Assembly: GCF_001194135.2 (NCBI RefSeq) | Contig: NC_068982.1 | Span: 6,794,630-6,858,629 of the forward strand | Direction: 5' to 3' | Source: Octopus bimaculoides | Taxonomy: Eukaryota | Length of the DNA: 64,000 nt | Part shown: positions 12,267 to 25,050 of the stretch, piece after piece | Layout: each line of letters starts with the position of its first letter | Position numbering within the stretch: position 1 is the stretch's first letter | Program-made: the position numbers and the translations under genes | Notes under the pieces: generated by a model | Told to the model about the DNA's origin: nothing | Database searches by the model: none | Seen by the model: the letters and a program-made list of their open reading frames with translations, nothing else

Positions 12267-13388
12267 ATTAATTTATTGTTTTTAAAAATGTTTTGTAGCC
12301 TACAATATTTATAACGTTTAAGGTCTGATAGAGAGTTAACTCGTAAAATCTGCAAGTTGGATGGTTTAAGGGCTACAGTTGTATGGCTCTTACTGCTTTC
12401 AGATTGTACAAAGTTTTCCACTATAAATTGGGAGGGAGAAAGACAAATTGTTCTATTTGTCACTTGATCAATATTCTCATTAATGCTGCTGGTAAGACTA
12501 TAGAATTTATCTTAAGTAATGTAAGAGGTTAACCATTATTTTATGCATCCCTTAAAGGATATGACAGATTTAGTTTACATTGGCACCCATTTTGAAGGCT
12601 GATATTAATATTTATAAATCATGATAGTCATGAAATCCAACAGTCAATGCCAACATTTGAAGAAAGACACAAAAGGTTAATGCTTTGAAGTATTTCAATA
12701 CATTTTTTTATTAAGAATTTATCGTATACTTAATCTTTATGTTGTATAAAGTATCCTCTTTCATTATTTAGTATGAGTAGAACCAGAATCATTGATTATA
12801 GAATATTTCATGCCTTGGAGGCAATACGGATTTGAAGAATTTTAATTTTGCTATCAGTAGTGACTTTGAAGAGAATTATTTCTGGTTAAGTGGTTGAGAA
12901 TTTTGCTTTGCAATCAAGAGGCTTCGGGGCTCGATATCACTGTCTGATATCTTAGGCAAGTATCATTTAGTATAGTATCAGGTTAACCCAAGCCTTGTGA
13001 ATTGGGAAACTAAAAACTATTTGGAAATCTGCACTTGAAATGTCCATCTTTGTTTCACTCTGTCATATTGATTCTCCCTCCAGATTATGATTTTGGTTGT
13101 ACCAATGAGTGGCCCATTAGATTGCTCATCATTAAAACTAATGGTGACCCAGATTTACTTTCTTCTAACAGTGACGGTTGTCTTACAAATGACTGTTATG
13201 CAAAATTTTAGTTTTCAAAACCTAAAACATTTATTATTATGATTGAAGATGACATTATTGTTATTGTTGCTGTTATAATCATTGTTGATGTTGTTGCTCT
13301 TGTAGCTATTCTTCTTCTTCTTATTATTATTATTATTATCATTATTATTATTATTATTATTGTTATTATTATTATTATTATTATTATT

Positions 13389-13600
13389 AAGGTGACAAGC
13401 TTGCAGAATTGGTAGCCTGTGGGACGAAATGCTTGATGGTAGTTCGTCTGTTGCTACATTCAGGTTCAAATTCCGCCATGGTTGACTTTGCCTTTCATCC
13501 TTTTGGAGTTGATAAATTAAGTACCAGTGAAACGCTGGGATCGATGTAATCAACTAGCCCCCTCCTCAAATTTCAGGCCTTGTGTCTATAGTAGAAACCA
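13389..13600 (+). mobile_element. tRNA-derived SINE with Meta-domain-like centre
   Basis: ggttcaaattcc B-box-like motif then gactttgcctttcatccttttggagttgataaattaagtacc. Confidence 0.75.
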
Positions 13601-13622
13601 TTATTTATTATCAGCATTATTA

Positions 13623-13654
<32 letters not shown>

Positions 13655-13664
13655 GGGTGAGAGA

Positions 13665-14219
13665 GCAGTGTATGTTATCAAAGTGACACTGGGGTCAAAT
13701 ATAAAAAGCCTAGTCTATCCAGCATAACTACCTGTCTGATAAGGGTACACCAGGCACATGCATCACAACAATATGTGCACAACATGGGGATCTGATATTA
13801 AAATAAACAGTGCATACATAAAACTTGCAGGTGGAGTCCAGTTAGAATTTTCTTCAGGTCAAGTAGCCCATTCTGCTCAAAAGATCCATGAATAAGAGTT
13901 GTTTAAGGATGTTGAACAAAGCACTCATGTTTCCAGAGGTGAATTATTCAGATCTCAAAGAATTCCTCTTAATACAAAGCTATGATGCTCCCCCACTAAT
14001 TCTTCTCATGATCAGAGATGCAGATACTGTCAGCCACTAAGAGACATGCTCAACTGGGGAAGGTCGAGCAACTGACAAGCAAATCTGTGGTATTAAGCAG
14101 AATATTTGCTGTAGCCCATCTTTTTATACCAAGACAAAACAATGTACATGATAACACTTCCAATCAGTTAAGATCAGAAGACATGAGAGCCACTGCCTAG
14201 CACTGCCTCAGGGCATACA
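13665..14219 (-). mobile_element. Unclassified ~550-bp repeat embedded in (TAA)n
   Basis: Second copy at 49584-50130; both have (TTA)n on both sides; strand assigned from a presumed (AAT)n tail. Confidence 0.7.
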
Positions 14220-14261
14220 TTATTATTATTATTATCATTATTATTATCATCATTATGCTAG

Positions 14262-14400
14262 TGCTTGCTAGTTTAGTTAGCAGCACCTTGTGGTTTGGTG
14301 ACAACAAGTCTCCTCAAATCTCAAGAATCTTTCAGAGGATTCTTGTAGAGTATAACATGGAACTTCTCTGTAGGTCGACTGTATACGTTTCAATTTGCAT
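14262..14400 (-). mobile_element. Possible R4/Dong-type non-LTR retrotransposon 3' remnant
   Basis: Minus frame DLQRSSMLYSTRIL*KILEI* resembles the C-terminus of RLE-clade ORFs, followed by a short UTR and (TAA)n. Confidence 0.35.
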
Positions 14401-15036
14401 TTTGTCATTATTACATTTTCAGTTCAAATTCTATCAAGGTCACCTTTACTATTCTCCCCTTTTGGGACCAATAAAATAAGTACCAATTCATCACAGGGAT
14501 CAGCACAATCGACTGGTCCCTTCCCACATATTCCAGGCCTTATTGTTATTATTGTTGTTGTTGTTGCTTTTGAAAGTTTCATGCAATTAGGACTGATGCT
14601 AAAGTCTAGCAATGGACTTTCTGTAGCATACTTAAATCCAAGCACAAATAAGCCACTTGTGCCTTCTAGCTTTGGCTCTCCAAATAAATGAATTGGCTAA
14701 ATTCAAAGATATTTCTGTCTTTAAAATTACATGAAATTCTATCTCATTGTTTTTCTTCTTCGATTTTTCTCTTGACCTAATTTAAAAGGAAGATATTTTG
14801 TTTTTGGAAATATAATGAACTGTCTTACAGTAACATTACCCCATGTTGAAGATACACAAGACACAAAGCCTGGCCTTTTCCATGAATATGAAACCAATGT
14901 GAAATATTTAAAAAGTAAATGTATGATTAATGCAATACCTTGAATCACTTATAATAACTTTCAAGAAATGGAAACAATAATTTTCTTATTTTGTAAATAT
15001 AAATATAAGCTTTCATCTATACATTGACTATAGAAA

Positions 15037-15196
15037 AGCTGTGTGAAAAATAGCTTGCTTACCAACCACATGGTTCCAGGTTCAGTCCCACTGCGTGGCA
15101 CCTCAGGCATGTGTCTTCTACTACAGCCTTGGGCTAACCAAAGCCTTGTGAGTGAATTTGGTAGACGGAAACTGAAAGAAGCCTGTCGTATATATG

Positions 15197-15229
<33 letters not shown>

Positions 15230-15443
15230 GTGTGTGTGTGTTTGTGTGTCTGTGTTTGTCCCCCCACCATCGCTTGACAACCGATGCTGGTGTGTTTACG
15301 TCCTTGTAACTTAGCAGTTCGGCAAAAGGGACCGATAGAATAAGTACTAGGCTTACAAAGAATAAGTCCTGGGGTCGATTTGCTCGACTGAAAGCGGTGC
15401 TCCAGCATGGCTGCAGTCAAATGACTGAAACAAGTAAAAGAGT
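15037..15443 (+). mobile_element. tRNA-derived SINE family 1, near full length
   Basis: Matches family consensus along its length. Confidence 0.9.
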
Positions 15444-17024
15444 AATATCAGGGCATATAAAACTCGCCAAAGTTATTAAATGGAAATTAGTATGCATAGG
15501 AATTGAACTCACACCACATAATTTCATGTTGAGTTTATTGACTGATAACACCAATGTACCCACCAGTTCTTTCCATTAAATTTAGGAATTATGTTTTCTT
15601 AGAAGTAAGCGTGTAAACGTGCATATTCTGTATGAGTTAAGAAATGCTGATGAGTGAAAACTTAGTAAATATAATTACAAGCTTTCCCAGTTTATTTAGT
15701 ACAGAAGCTTTTCTCCTTTACTCAAAAATAGATGAACCAATAACTAAACTGCATATACAGGGAAATATAAAAGACCCAGACATTATAATGAGAGATCCTT
15801 CTTTAGCTTAATGTATTTACTGATGTTGGTCCCAAACCAACATGAGAAGATCATATCTAAACTAATCTGTTTAGAATGGACAAAATATCACTGACATTAA
15901 AAATACAAGGATAATGATGGAAATTTCCAAACCATATTTGAATTTGAACACAAGCAAACTGTTTTTGCTTTTATGCTTTGGGTTTTTCCTTCTCTACAGC
16001 TTTGATTCGAAATAAGGGCATTCAGATTATTCTGAGAAATGTTATGTTTATCTATTCACATTGTTTTGAATTCATCATGCATCATATTGCAGCTATAAGT
16101 AGAAGACACTTGCCCAAGGTACCACACAGGGGTACTGAAATTAGAACTATGTGGTCGGAAAGTAAGCTTCTTACCGCACATCTATGCCAGTGCCTAAAAT
16201 GTAATAACATGAGTATAAACATTTTAAACATGAATTATGAGTAGATGATAATAAGGAACAAGGAAGAGGAAGAGAGAATAAGGAAAGATGGAAAAGAGAT
16301 GGAGGAGAATAAGGACGAGAGATGGAAAGGTTGGTTTCATAGTTCTGACAATACTTAGTATGTCATTGCATTAAAAACTTGTGAAATTCTTAGAACCTGT
16401 GTTTTTAATTCATCAGCAATTTGAGGTAATCTGTGAAGCTGAAAATTATAACTAATTGCTTGATTACTTCTAAATCATTCCAAAGCAATTAGTTTACTGT
16501 GTTTTCTTCTTTTTTTTTTTAATGAAATAGCTGATTAATGAATAATTTTAACTGGAAAATAAATTATTTCACTGTGTGTTGTCATTGCATGAAACCACTC
16601 ACAGCCATTGCTGTTTCTTAAAAGTTAACATCAGGAATTGATTTACTACTTTTCTTCTGTTTCTGTCAAAGAGTTTCATGTCTTCTTTATTGTTCTGTTC
16701 ACACATTGTTTTTTTCTTTTTTGTCAGCAGAGATTTTCCTGAATAAACAGACACAATCTAAGGCATGTTAATAGATTGACCAGCCTAGAGCTATCCTGTT
16801 CTAGTCCTTCAGGTAAACCATATTTCCACTTATTTAAGAGCAGATGAAGTGTAGAATGCCATGAGAAATGATACATATTCTCATTTCTTAAAACTAATCT
16901 TGGCTTCTAGTTCCTATAGTTGTGTTTTGCTACAACACTGATTCATACATTCAAGACCAACTGGGTAACTTACCAAGTATACTAAACACTGTGTGCAAAT
17001 AGAAACCAATTTACTTGGGCCATA

Positions 17025-17188
17025 TAGGTACAGGCATGACTGTATCGTAAGAAGTTTGCTTCCCAACTAAATGCTTGTGGGTTCAGTCCCACTGCATGGC
17101 ACCTGGGACAAGTGCCTTCTACTATAGCCTTGGGCCAACCAAAACCTTGTGAATGGAGTTGATAGATGGAAACTGAAAGAAGCCCATC

Positions 17189-17200
<12 letters not shown>
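17025..17200 (+). mobile_element. SINE family 1 head fragment
   Basis: gggttcagtcccactgc...ccttgggccaaccaaaaccttgtga followed by (TA)n. Confidence 0.75.
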
Positions 17201-17233
<33 letters not shown>

Positions 17234-17689
17234 TAGATAGATAGATAGATATCATCATCTCTCTATTTCAAGCTGGTTGAAAAGACTATATAGAAACACC
17301 TGTGTTGGCTTATGTGACCACAGCACATATGGGTAAGGTGAGCTCCACCAAGATGCTGCTGTTGTTCTTTCTCTGCTCATTGGTGGTGTTCATCTCTCAT
17401 ATATATATATATATATATACAAGAATAAGGGCAGGGAATCGTCAATTAATAATAGAATTAATAATTAACAATTTTGCCAAGTAGTTCAGTATGAAAAAAA
17501 CCTTTATCGGTAAAACTATTTATCATCATAAATATACAGGGATTAGCAATTGAGTTGCTTCTCCAACATACTGAAAATTCAGAAATAGCAGTCAAAGAAC
17601 TACTGATTCTAAACTACAAATTTTTCTCTAAAACGGATGGCGAGATTTATGGCACACACATATATATATATATATACATATATGTCTCG

Positions 17690-17935
17690 TATATATATAG
17701 TAGATTGTAAATACCTTCTTGATAGGCCGTTCTATATATCTGTTTTTTTTTGTATATATATATATTTATTACCTCCTGTGTTTTTTATATATGTAGACTT
17801 TATATGTTTAAGAGCCATGGTAATATTTATATATGATCAGACGTTTTTGGAGGCATGGTGATGTATGTAAAGTCGTTGACTCGAATTTGATGTTTGTTCT
17901 TTGATGAATGCATCTTTGTCTCTGTCTGAACTTTT
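17690..17935. repeat. Unclassified dispersed repeat, second copy at ~22945-23200
   Basis: Shared ataccttcttgat..ggccgttctatata...aagagccatggtaatatttatatatgatca; the second copy has its first ~45 bp triplicated. Confidence 0.7.
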
Positions 17936-19144
17936 AAGTCACTTCAAAAAGAAAATAACCCTTGATCAAATAACACTGTTTACAAGACTCTATGCTTGGA
18001 ATGACCAATTATAAACACCATTTGAACTCACACACAAGATACAGGAAACTTATATATACACCATTCTGCTGAAATAATGGAACTGCAGATACAATATCCT
18101 TACGTATCTCACGTCTGTTTCCATTCATCCACGTCACTCTGTATTTCATATCTTCTCTATAACAACTTACTTAAATATTTTCTCTCACCATCTTTGATGA
18201 AAGGAGATATAAAATATCCCAGAAACAGCTGTAAGACATTCTCTTTATAAATGTTGTGAAATTTTGCATAGCCTTGGATTCTTTATCTCATTCTGTTAAT
18301 TTTTTATATATACGCATGCTAATATATGACCTATGTTGGACTCATCATTCGTATAATCATTGACCCTAGAGCTTAACTATATAAATTCTATCCATAGCAC
18401 TTACTTGGCATTACCTGACACCTTATTGGCAATGGTGCACAAGCTTTATGTTTGGCTTGGATCTTATTGTTATTGTCTTGCAGACTTTACTATTAAAGGC
18501 CTTGCAACATATAGCCATTCCATCTTATTAACAGATTCAGTTATCCAATGTTTCTTTCCTATTTTTTTCTAAGATAATAGGGCATGATTTAAAGGAGAAT
18601 TGGCTACAGTTTTCAACAAGTTGAAATACCATATCAATGATGTTCATGTTGTTATCATTACCAATGTTTAGCCCCAGGTCAATCTTGATCAATTCAAGAA
18701 AACTTAGGAATAATACATCATAACAATAGCCATTCCATAATTTTTAATGTTAACTTGTACTTCATTATTTGAGGTGTCTTTCCATTTTTTAAGAGGGTAT
18801 ATTTTAATTTGAGCAATATTTAACTGCTATTTCTACCAAATACAGTGACCATGTAAAAGCTCCTTTGTCAATTCCTATGGTGTTTGTGTGCGTATTGTTA
18901 AACCCTAGGCCAACCAAGATCATGCAGATATGTGATCCAGCAGTGACAGTCCCCTTTTTTTTATGGATGGTTTTCAGAATCGGGAGGAATTTTTATGATG
19001 GTAGATTGGAAAAAAATCACTGAAACAAAATAACACAAAGCACTAGGACAGTGGTTCCCAGCCTGGGGTCCATGGACCCTTGGTAGTCTGCAAAGGTAGT
19101 ACTGGGGGGGGGGTCCATGAACTAAATTCAAAATTTCGTGTGTG

Positions 19145-19188
<44 letters not shown>

Positions 19189-19291
19189 GGAGTAAGCACA
19201 TAAATGCGCAACTGGGTTGAAAAAAGAGTACTCAAATACCAGAGGTAGAGTAATATGCTTTATTTAAAAGCAGCAGAAATATAACAAAAAG

Positions 19292-19330
19292 CTGTTACTC
19301 AGAGTTTCACATTCCCGTTCATCAGACAGT
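19292..19330 (-). ncRNA. Minimal type I hammerhead motif, family 2
   Basis: ctgt-CTGATGA-acg ggaa tgt-GAAA-ctc t gag-TA-acag; inverted partner at 19348-19380. Confidence 0.6.
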
Positions 19331-19451
19331 TTTGTTAGAACTAATGAAACTGTCCGATGAACGGGAACGTGAAACTCTGANNNNNNNNNNNNNNNNNNNN
19401 NNNNNNNNNNNNNNNNNNNNNNNNNNNNNNNNNNNNNNNNNNNNNNNNNNN

Positions 19452-21160
19452 AGCAGTATAACCCGACCTTGTCCGGGTGTGACTTATTACGCCATCTACG
19501 ATAAGTCTTGCTAGGTGAAAATCAACAAAAAATGAAAGCCTTACAATGAAAAAACCCTTATGATGTAAATATGTTCATAATTCAAAAGACGATGAAATTA
19601 ATAGGGAAAGTCTGAAGGCTGTTTTGCGTAACATTATTAAGCGTACGTAAATTTCATCCGTCTAATTGGCTATAGAAATGCTTGTGCAAAACAACTTTTT
19701 GCGCTGCCCTGATTATACATAGCTGCGTAATCCCTTTTCGAAGGAGCTATGATGGCAATTTGTGATGAAGCAATAGCTGCCGATCTATTGCTAAACAGTT
19801 TTGTCAGAGTTCTATCAGATTGGGCAGAAGATGTTGATGCACCATTTTGCATTATGTTCAGAGTAGCTTATGTTGCTGTCATTTTAAACCGGTTGCTGTC
19901 TTTCCCCAGCAAACTCTCTTCTTTGGAGGCATAATCTATGCATATATTAAACAGAACAACAAAAGTTATAATAGATGGCAGGGTCGGTACTTTTCACATA
20001 TCTGTAATTTTTCAGATTAACACCCGCATGTTTACCCAACCCTAATCCTAAACCCTAACCCTGACCCTAAAACCGTAACCGTAACACTAATCCTAACCCT
20101 AACCCTAAGCCCTAACCCTAACACCTTAGTGAAAATCGTGGTATATTTACAAAAAATTGACGAACATGAGTTATATTTTACTGAATGATTGTGTACTTGC
20201 ACGTGTATGCGTTAGAGAGAGCGAGAGGGGAAGAGGTAGAGAGATGGGGAGAAAGGAATAGAGGTAGTTAAAAGTTTTCTTATGACGGCTTCTCTTCACT
20301 GCCTATTACTTCATTAGAAATCTAAGGATGCACATAAGCACATAATAGAGAAAAATGAAACAAATATGGACGACTTGCTTCGAAACACCACCGAGTGGGG
20401 AACACTTCTCAAAAATAACCTGCAGTTGTTTCCTTCAAAATTCTTACAAGCTTGAAATGTACATACATCAAGGTATATTTGTAGAAAATTTCACGAAAAA
20501 AATATTCATTTTCCTGGAAGTTAAGAGGGATTTAAGTGGAATTTCCGAAAATTGTCTGCTCCCCCCTCCCAAAACACTTTCACCAAAATTTTTTGTATAT
20601 TTGGAATCTACATAATAAATAATATATGCATAGAAAATTTCATAAAAAAATATTCATTTTTATGAAAGTTATGACCTTCCAAAGTTGGGGGGTACAACTC
20701 TGTAGTTCTGCCACATTAACGAACATGAGTTATATTTTTGTGAATGGTTGTGTTTATTTGCACGCGTATGCGTTTGAGAGAGCGAGAGAGGAAGAGGGAG
20801 AGAAATGAATAGAGATCGAGAGCAATGTGTATGTTGTTGTCACAAGTCACGTGTGTGGTTGTGTGTGTTTTTACGTATCTATGTTATGAAAAATAGGTAA
20901 AGAATACTGAGATGAAAGTTTAATCTATGACTATGTATGTATCACTTTCTCTCTCTCTCCCTCTCCCTCTTTTACGCTTACTCTCTATATTTTTATGTTG
21001 AGCGCGTTTGTAAGAACGGCGTTCCAGGCAGAAGGGAAGAAATATAAAAGTTGCTAGAAACAACAGCCAAATCTCCCTTAAATCACACAAAAGTAAACGG
21101 AATTTAAAAAATCTAATTACTGCGCTGGAAAGTTCACATCGAGAAAATTCCATTGATGTA
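19452..21160. mobile_element. Probable non-autonomous Helitron/Helentron-like element
   Basis: Starts agcagtataacccgaccttgtccggg (subterminal hairpin); contains internal direct repeats (~20160-20230 and ~20718-20790) and CCCTAA-like array; ends lie in gaps. Confidence 0.4.
20035..20122 (+). repeat. Degenerate interstitial (CCCTAA)n telomere-like array
   Basis: About 14 imperfect hexamers. Confidence 0.85.
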
Positions 21161-22317
21161 AANNNNNNNNNNNNNNNNNNNNNNNNNNNNNNNNNNNNNN
21201 NNNNNNNNNNNNNNNNNNNNNNNNNNNNNATATAAAAGATAAACAAGAGTGAAAAAACTACAGATGGCTTGTGTTACATGGTTAAAGTATATATTTAAAT
21301 TGTTATGTCAGAAAAATGTTATAAAATTTTGGGTATATAAACATTGTATTTGGAGAAATAACCGGTTTCGTGTTGTCTTTTCAAATTTCTCTACTTTTAT
21401 CGTAGCATGTCTTTGCTCCCGTATATGTATGTGTGTGTGTGTGTGCGTGTGTATACATAAGGATAAGCATATTAAAAAGGCTCCATGAGAAAAATTATTT
21501 AAATAAAAGCATTGGGAACCACTGCACTGGTGGCTTGTACCACATATTGTAGCTCTTCGTGTTGTGAAGCCAACTTTGTTTTTAATCCTTTAAGGGTCAT
21601 TAAAACAAATGCCAGTCAAATACCTGGATTAATATAATCAACTATTCAAGTACATTCCCTGCATTTTTAGCTTTGTGCAGATGTAAAAAACAAGATGATT
21701 GTTTAAAGTTACAATTTTAATGAAGTGAATAGTGAATTACTCCATGGAGAAAGAGTATTATAAATTTATCATCTTTTTTACATATTGTTGCCTGTTTATT
21801 CCATTGTCATTTTATTTAAATTTATTATTGAAACAAAAAGGAAATTGAAATAGATGAAATTCTTATGTCATTTATTTATTAAAGTTACCTGTAGAATATT
21901 GTTATGAATTATTGAGAATATGTTATTGACATAATCAGCTGCTAAATGGAAAAAGACAGGTTGATAATGCATAATAAGAATGACAAAGTGCCAAACAATG
22001 CTTTCTCTCTCTTTGTTTATATACTTATTAATGTAGAGAGGGGTAAAGAGAGAGGGGGATAGTGAGAGAGAAAGAGAGACAGAGCAGAAGGGGGAAGATG
22101 ATTAATCTAATATGGAACCAAACACTTTGACAGAGAATAAATGAAATATCGCAATGATAAATGTGTGCACAGAAAACAGTGCAACAGTTCTCTCGTGGGG
22201 CTATGAAACGCCTAGCCTGCAGCTGCATTTGTCAAACCTACATTGGCTTACAAATGTCATATGCAGGTCTGCAGAAATTAAAACTGCTAAAAAATATTCC
22301 TTGTTTCCAATAGGAAT

Positions 22318-22353
<36 letters not shown>

Positions 22354-23268
22354 NNNNNNNNNNNNNNNNNNNNNNNNNNNNNNNNNNNNNNNNNNNNNNN
22401 NNNNNNNNNNNNNNNNNNNNNNNNNNNNNNNNNNNNNNNNNNNNNNNNNNNNNNNNNNNNNNNNNNNNNNNNNNNNNNNNNNNNNNNNNNNNNNNNNNNN
22501 NNNNNNNNNNNNNNNNNNNNNNNNNNNNNNNNNNNNNNNNNNNNNNNNNNNNNNNNNNNNNNNNNNNNNNNNNNNNNNNNNNNNNNNNNNNNNNNNNNNN
22601 NNNNNNNNNNNNNNNNNNNNNNNNNNNNNNNNNNNNNNNNNNNNNNNNNNNNNNNNNNNNNNNNNNNNNNNNNNNNNNNNNNNNNNNNNNNNNNNNNNNN
22701 NNNNNNNNNNNNNNNNNNNNNNNNNNNNNNNNNNNNNNNNNNNNNNNNNNNNNNNNNNNNNNNNNNNNNNNNNNNNNNNNNNNNNNNNNNNNNNNNNNNN
22801 NNNNNNNNNNNNNNNNNNNNNNNNNNNNNNNNNNGTATATTCTCCCATATATATATATATATATAGTCAATTGCATATACCTTCTTGATTGGTAGTTCTA
22901 TATATATATATATATATAGTCAATTGCATATACCTTCTTGATTGGTAGTTCTATATATATATATAGTCAATTGCATATACCTTCTTGATTGGCCGTTCTA
23001 TATATGTTTTTTTATTCGCATATATATTTTGTATCTCCTGTGTTTTTTATATATGTATACTTTATATGTTTAAGAGCCATGGTAATATTTATATATGATC
23101 AAATGGTTTTGGAAGTATGGTGTTATATATAAAGTCATTGGCTCAAATTTGATATTTGTTCTTTGATCAGTTTTTCTATCTCTGTCTCAATTACGTTTGA
23201 ACACTTTTTTTTCACAGTCTTATAAACTCTTTTGTCTCCATAAAAACAGACAAAACTTATTTCTTGTC

Positions 23269-23330
<62 letters not shown>

Positions 23331-23529
23331 AGAAAAAGGTGGTAGTCAGAATTATGGAGTTTGGATAATTATTTATTTAGTGCTTTCATTTATTTTCCAG
23401 AGACTTACCAAGAATGATTTATTTACAGAAAATTCATGCCGTATATATATATATATATATATATAATTTTCTGTAAATATATATGAGTTAGGTGAAAAGG
23501 TCTGGAGTTGAATTGGGAACAGTATATAT

Positions 23530-23657
23530 AAGGCAGCGAACTGGCAGAATTGTTAGCACGTCGGGCGAAATGCTTAGCGGTATTTCGTCTGCCGCTACGG
23601 TCTGAGTTCAAATTCCATCAAGATCTACTTCACTTTTCATCCTTTCGGGGTTGATAT
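23530..23657 (+). mobile_element. Meta-domain-like SINE, 5' part
   Basis: aggcagcgaactggcagaattgttagcacg...gagttcaaattcc...ttttcatcctttcggggttgat. Confidence 0.8.
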
Positions 23658-24315
23658 GTGAGTGTGCGTATAGTATGTGTAAGTGGTGAATTTTTGATGG
23701 CTTGGCTAGCATTTATACCTTTAGAAATGCAAAAAAAATACGACAAAACCATATAATAAAAGATAAAGAGAAAAACAAATGGGCATATTGGAAATCCCCT
23801 ATTGTGTGAATATCCACATATATTTACATGCTGATATATAATAAATAAATGTAATTATCTATGTGTAAAACGCGTGCTAAAACTTACGTGAATTTATATA
23901 TAAAAGTATACAAGAACTTAAACATATAAATAAGAATTTATATTTTCTTATATTCAAACTTTAAAGTTTACTTAAGTTCAAATAAGGTGCAATGAAGATA
24001 AAATACAAAAAACAAATACGGCAGTGAATAAATAAAAGAAAATGTATTTGATATACATACATGTTTGTAACAGAGAATAGACTAACACCCATAAGATTTA
24101 TACTGTGTTGGTCAAATAAATAAAGGTCGATCTTTCGGTACTAGATCCCATAACTTCCGGTCGTTGTGCGCACGCAGACTGATTACATTATCGTATAGGG
24201 GGTTCCTATAAGGTTGTTATCCACCCCTGACTGGAACTCTCCCGTATGACATGTACGCATGCTCAGTGACTTGCTTTAACTTCCGCAGACTAACATACTG
24301 TACTGACCGGTTAAT

Positions 24316-24594
24316 ATGTCTCCGAAGAAATCACGCAAATACTGCTGTATATGCAGCCACTATAGAAGGAAGAATGTAGACGGCAAAGTTATTTCACTAC
24401 ATAGATATCCCGCAAACGTAGCTATTCGTCGTATTTGGTTTCAGAGATCGAGACTTGTGAGGAAAGACTTTGTTTACACTGCAAATAGCCAAATGTGTTC
24501 CCAGCATTTCGTCAATTTTAATGGACCATCGAAAGATCAACCCTTGCCATCCGTTTTTCTAAACAAAGTATTTAAAATATCAGTAAGTGCATGA
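24316..24594 (+). CDS. THAP (C2CH zinc finger) domain protein, 92 aa
   Basis: CxxC, HRYP, W, CSQHF and PLPSVF match the THAP signature; GTAAGT donor at 24583 suggests splicing. Confidence 0.8.
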   Translation: MSPKKSRKYCCICSHYRRKNVDGKVISLHRYPANVAIRRIWFQRSRLVRKDFVYTANSQMCSQHFVNFNGPSKDQPLPSVFLNKVFKISVSA

Positions 24595-24951
24595 TCATAN
24601 NNNNNNNNNTACGTTGGGCTAAACACGAATGTTTAATCTAATAATTGTTGTGTTGATGTACAGGTATTTTTAAAAAAGAATTTTGCATTCAAATAATAAA
24701 TACATTGAAATTGTTGTTAATGTTCTGAATGAATGTGAGAATTTCGAGTAAGCCTAGCTATGATATTTTTCTTTATATATATATATTTATTAATAAGGGT
24801 AGAAATTGATATTAATCAATTAGAAGCAGTGGTCTAGCATATTAAAAAAATCCGAAGATTAAAATTATATTACATACAAAAATAAGAGGAATGACCAGCA
24901 AAAGTGGACTCCTATATGCTAGAAATAGATGCCGATTCGGCATCTATTTCT

Positions 24952-25050
24952 AGCAGTGGTTCCCAAACCTTTTAGAGACGCGACCCACTGTTTACGACAC
25001 CAGTTCATGGCGACCCACTCCCCTCACATGCATACAGTTCTCAAACTTTA
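24952..25050 (+). mobile_element. hAT-like MITE 5' fragment nested in the THAP element
   Basis: cagtggttcccaaacctttt...gcgacccac. Confidence 0.55.

Larger units (their letters stand above)
19049..21524. mobile_element. hAT-like MITE expanded by nested insertions
   Basis: TIR cagtggttccca at 19049 and tgggaaccactg ending at 21524; flanks cactagga/cactggtg only 5/8 identical. Confidence 0.5.

Noticed and set aside
15644-15670. CTGATGA-gt-GAAA
   Set aside because: No stem II, stem I or NUH site; chance match
20035-20122. Telomere fusion site
   Set aside because: Single orientation, degenerate and inside a repeat-like element
22845-22990. Triplicated ~45-bp unit after a gap
   Set aside because: Adjacent to a gap and to (TA)n slippage; not CRISPR-like (no unique spacers)
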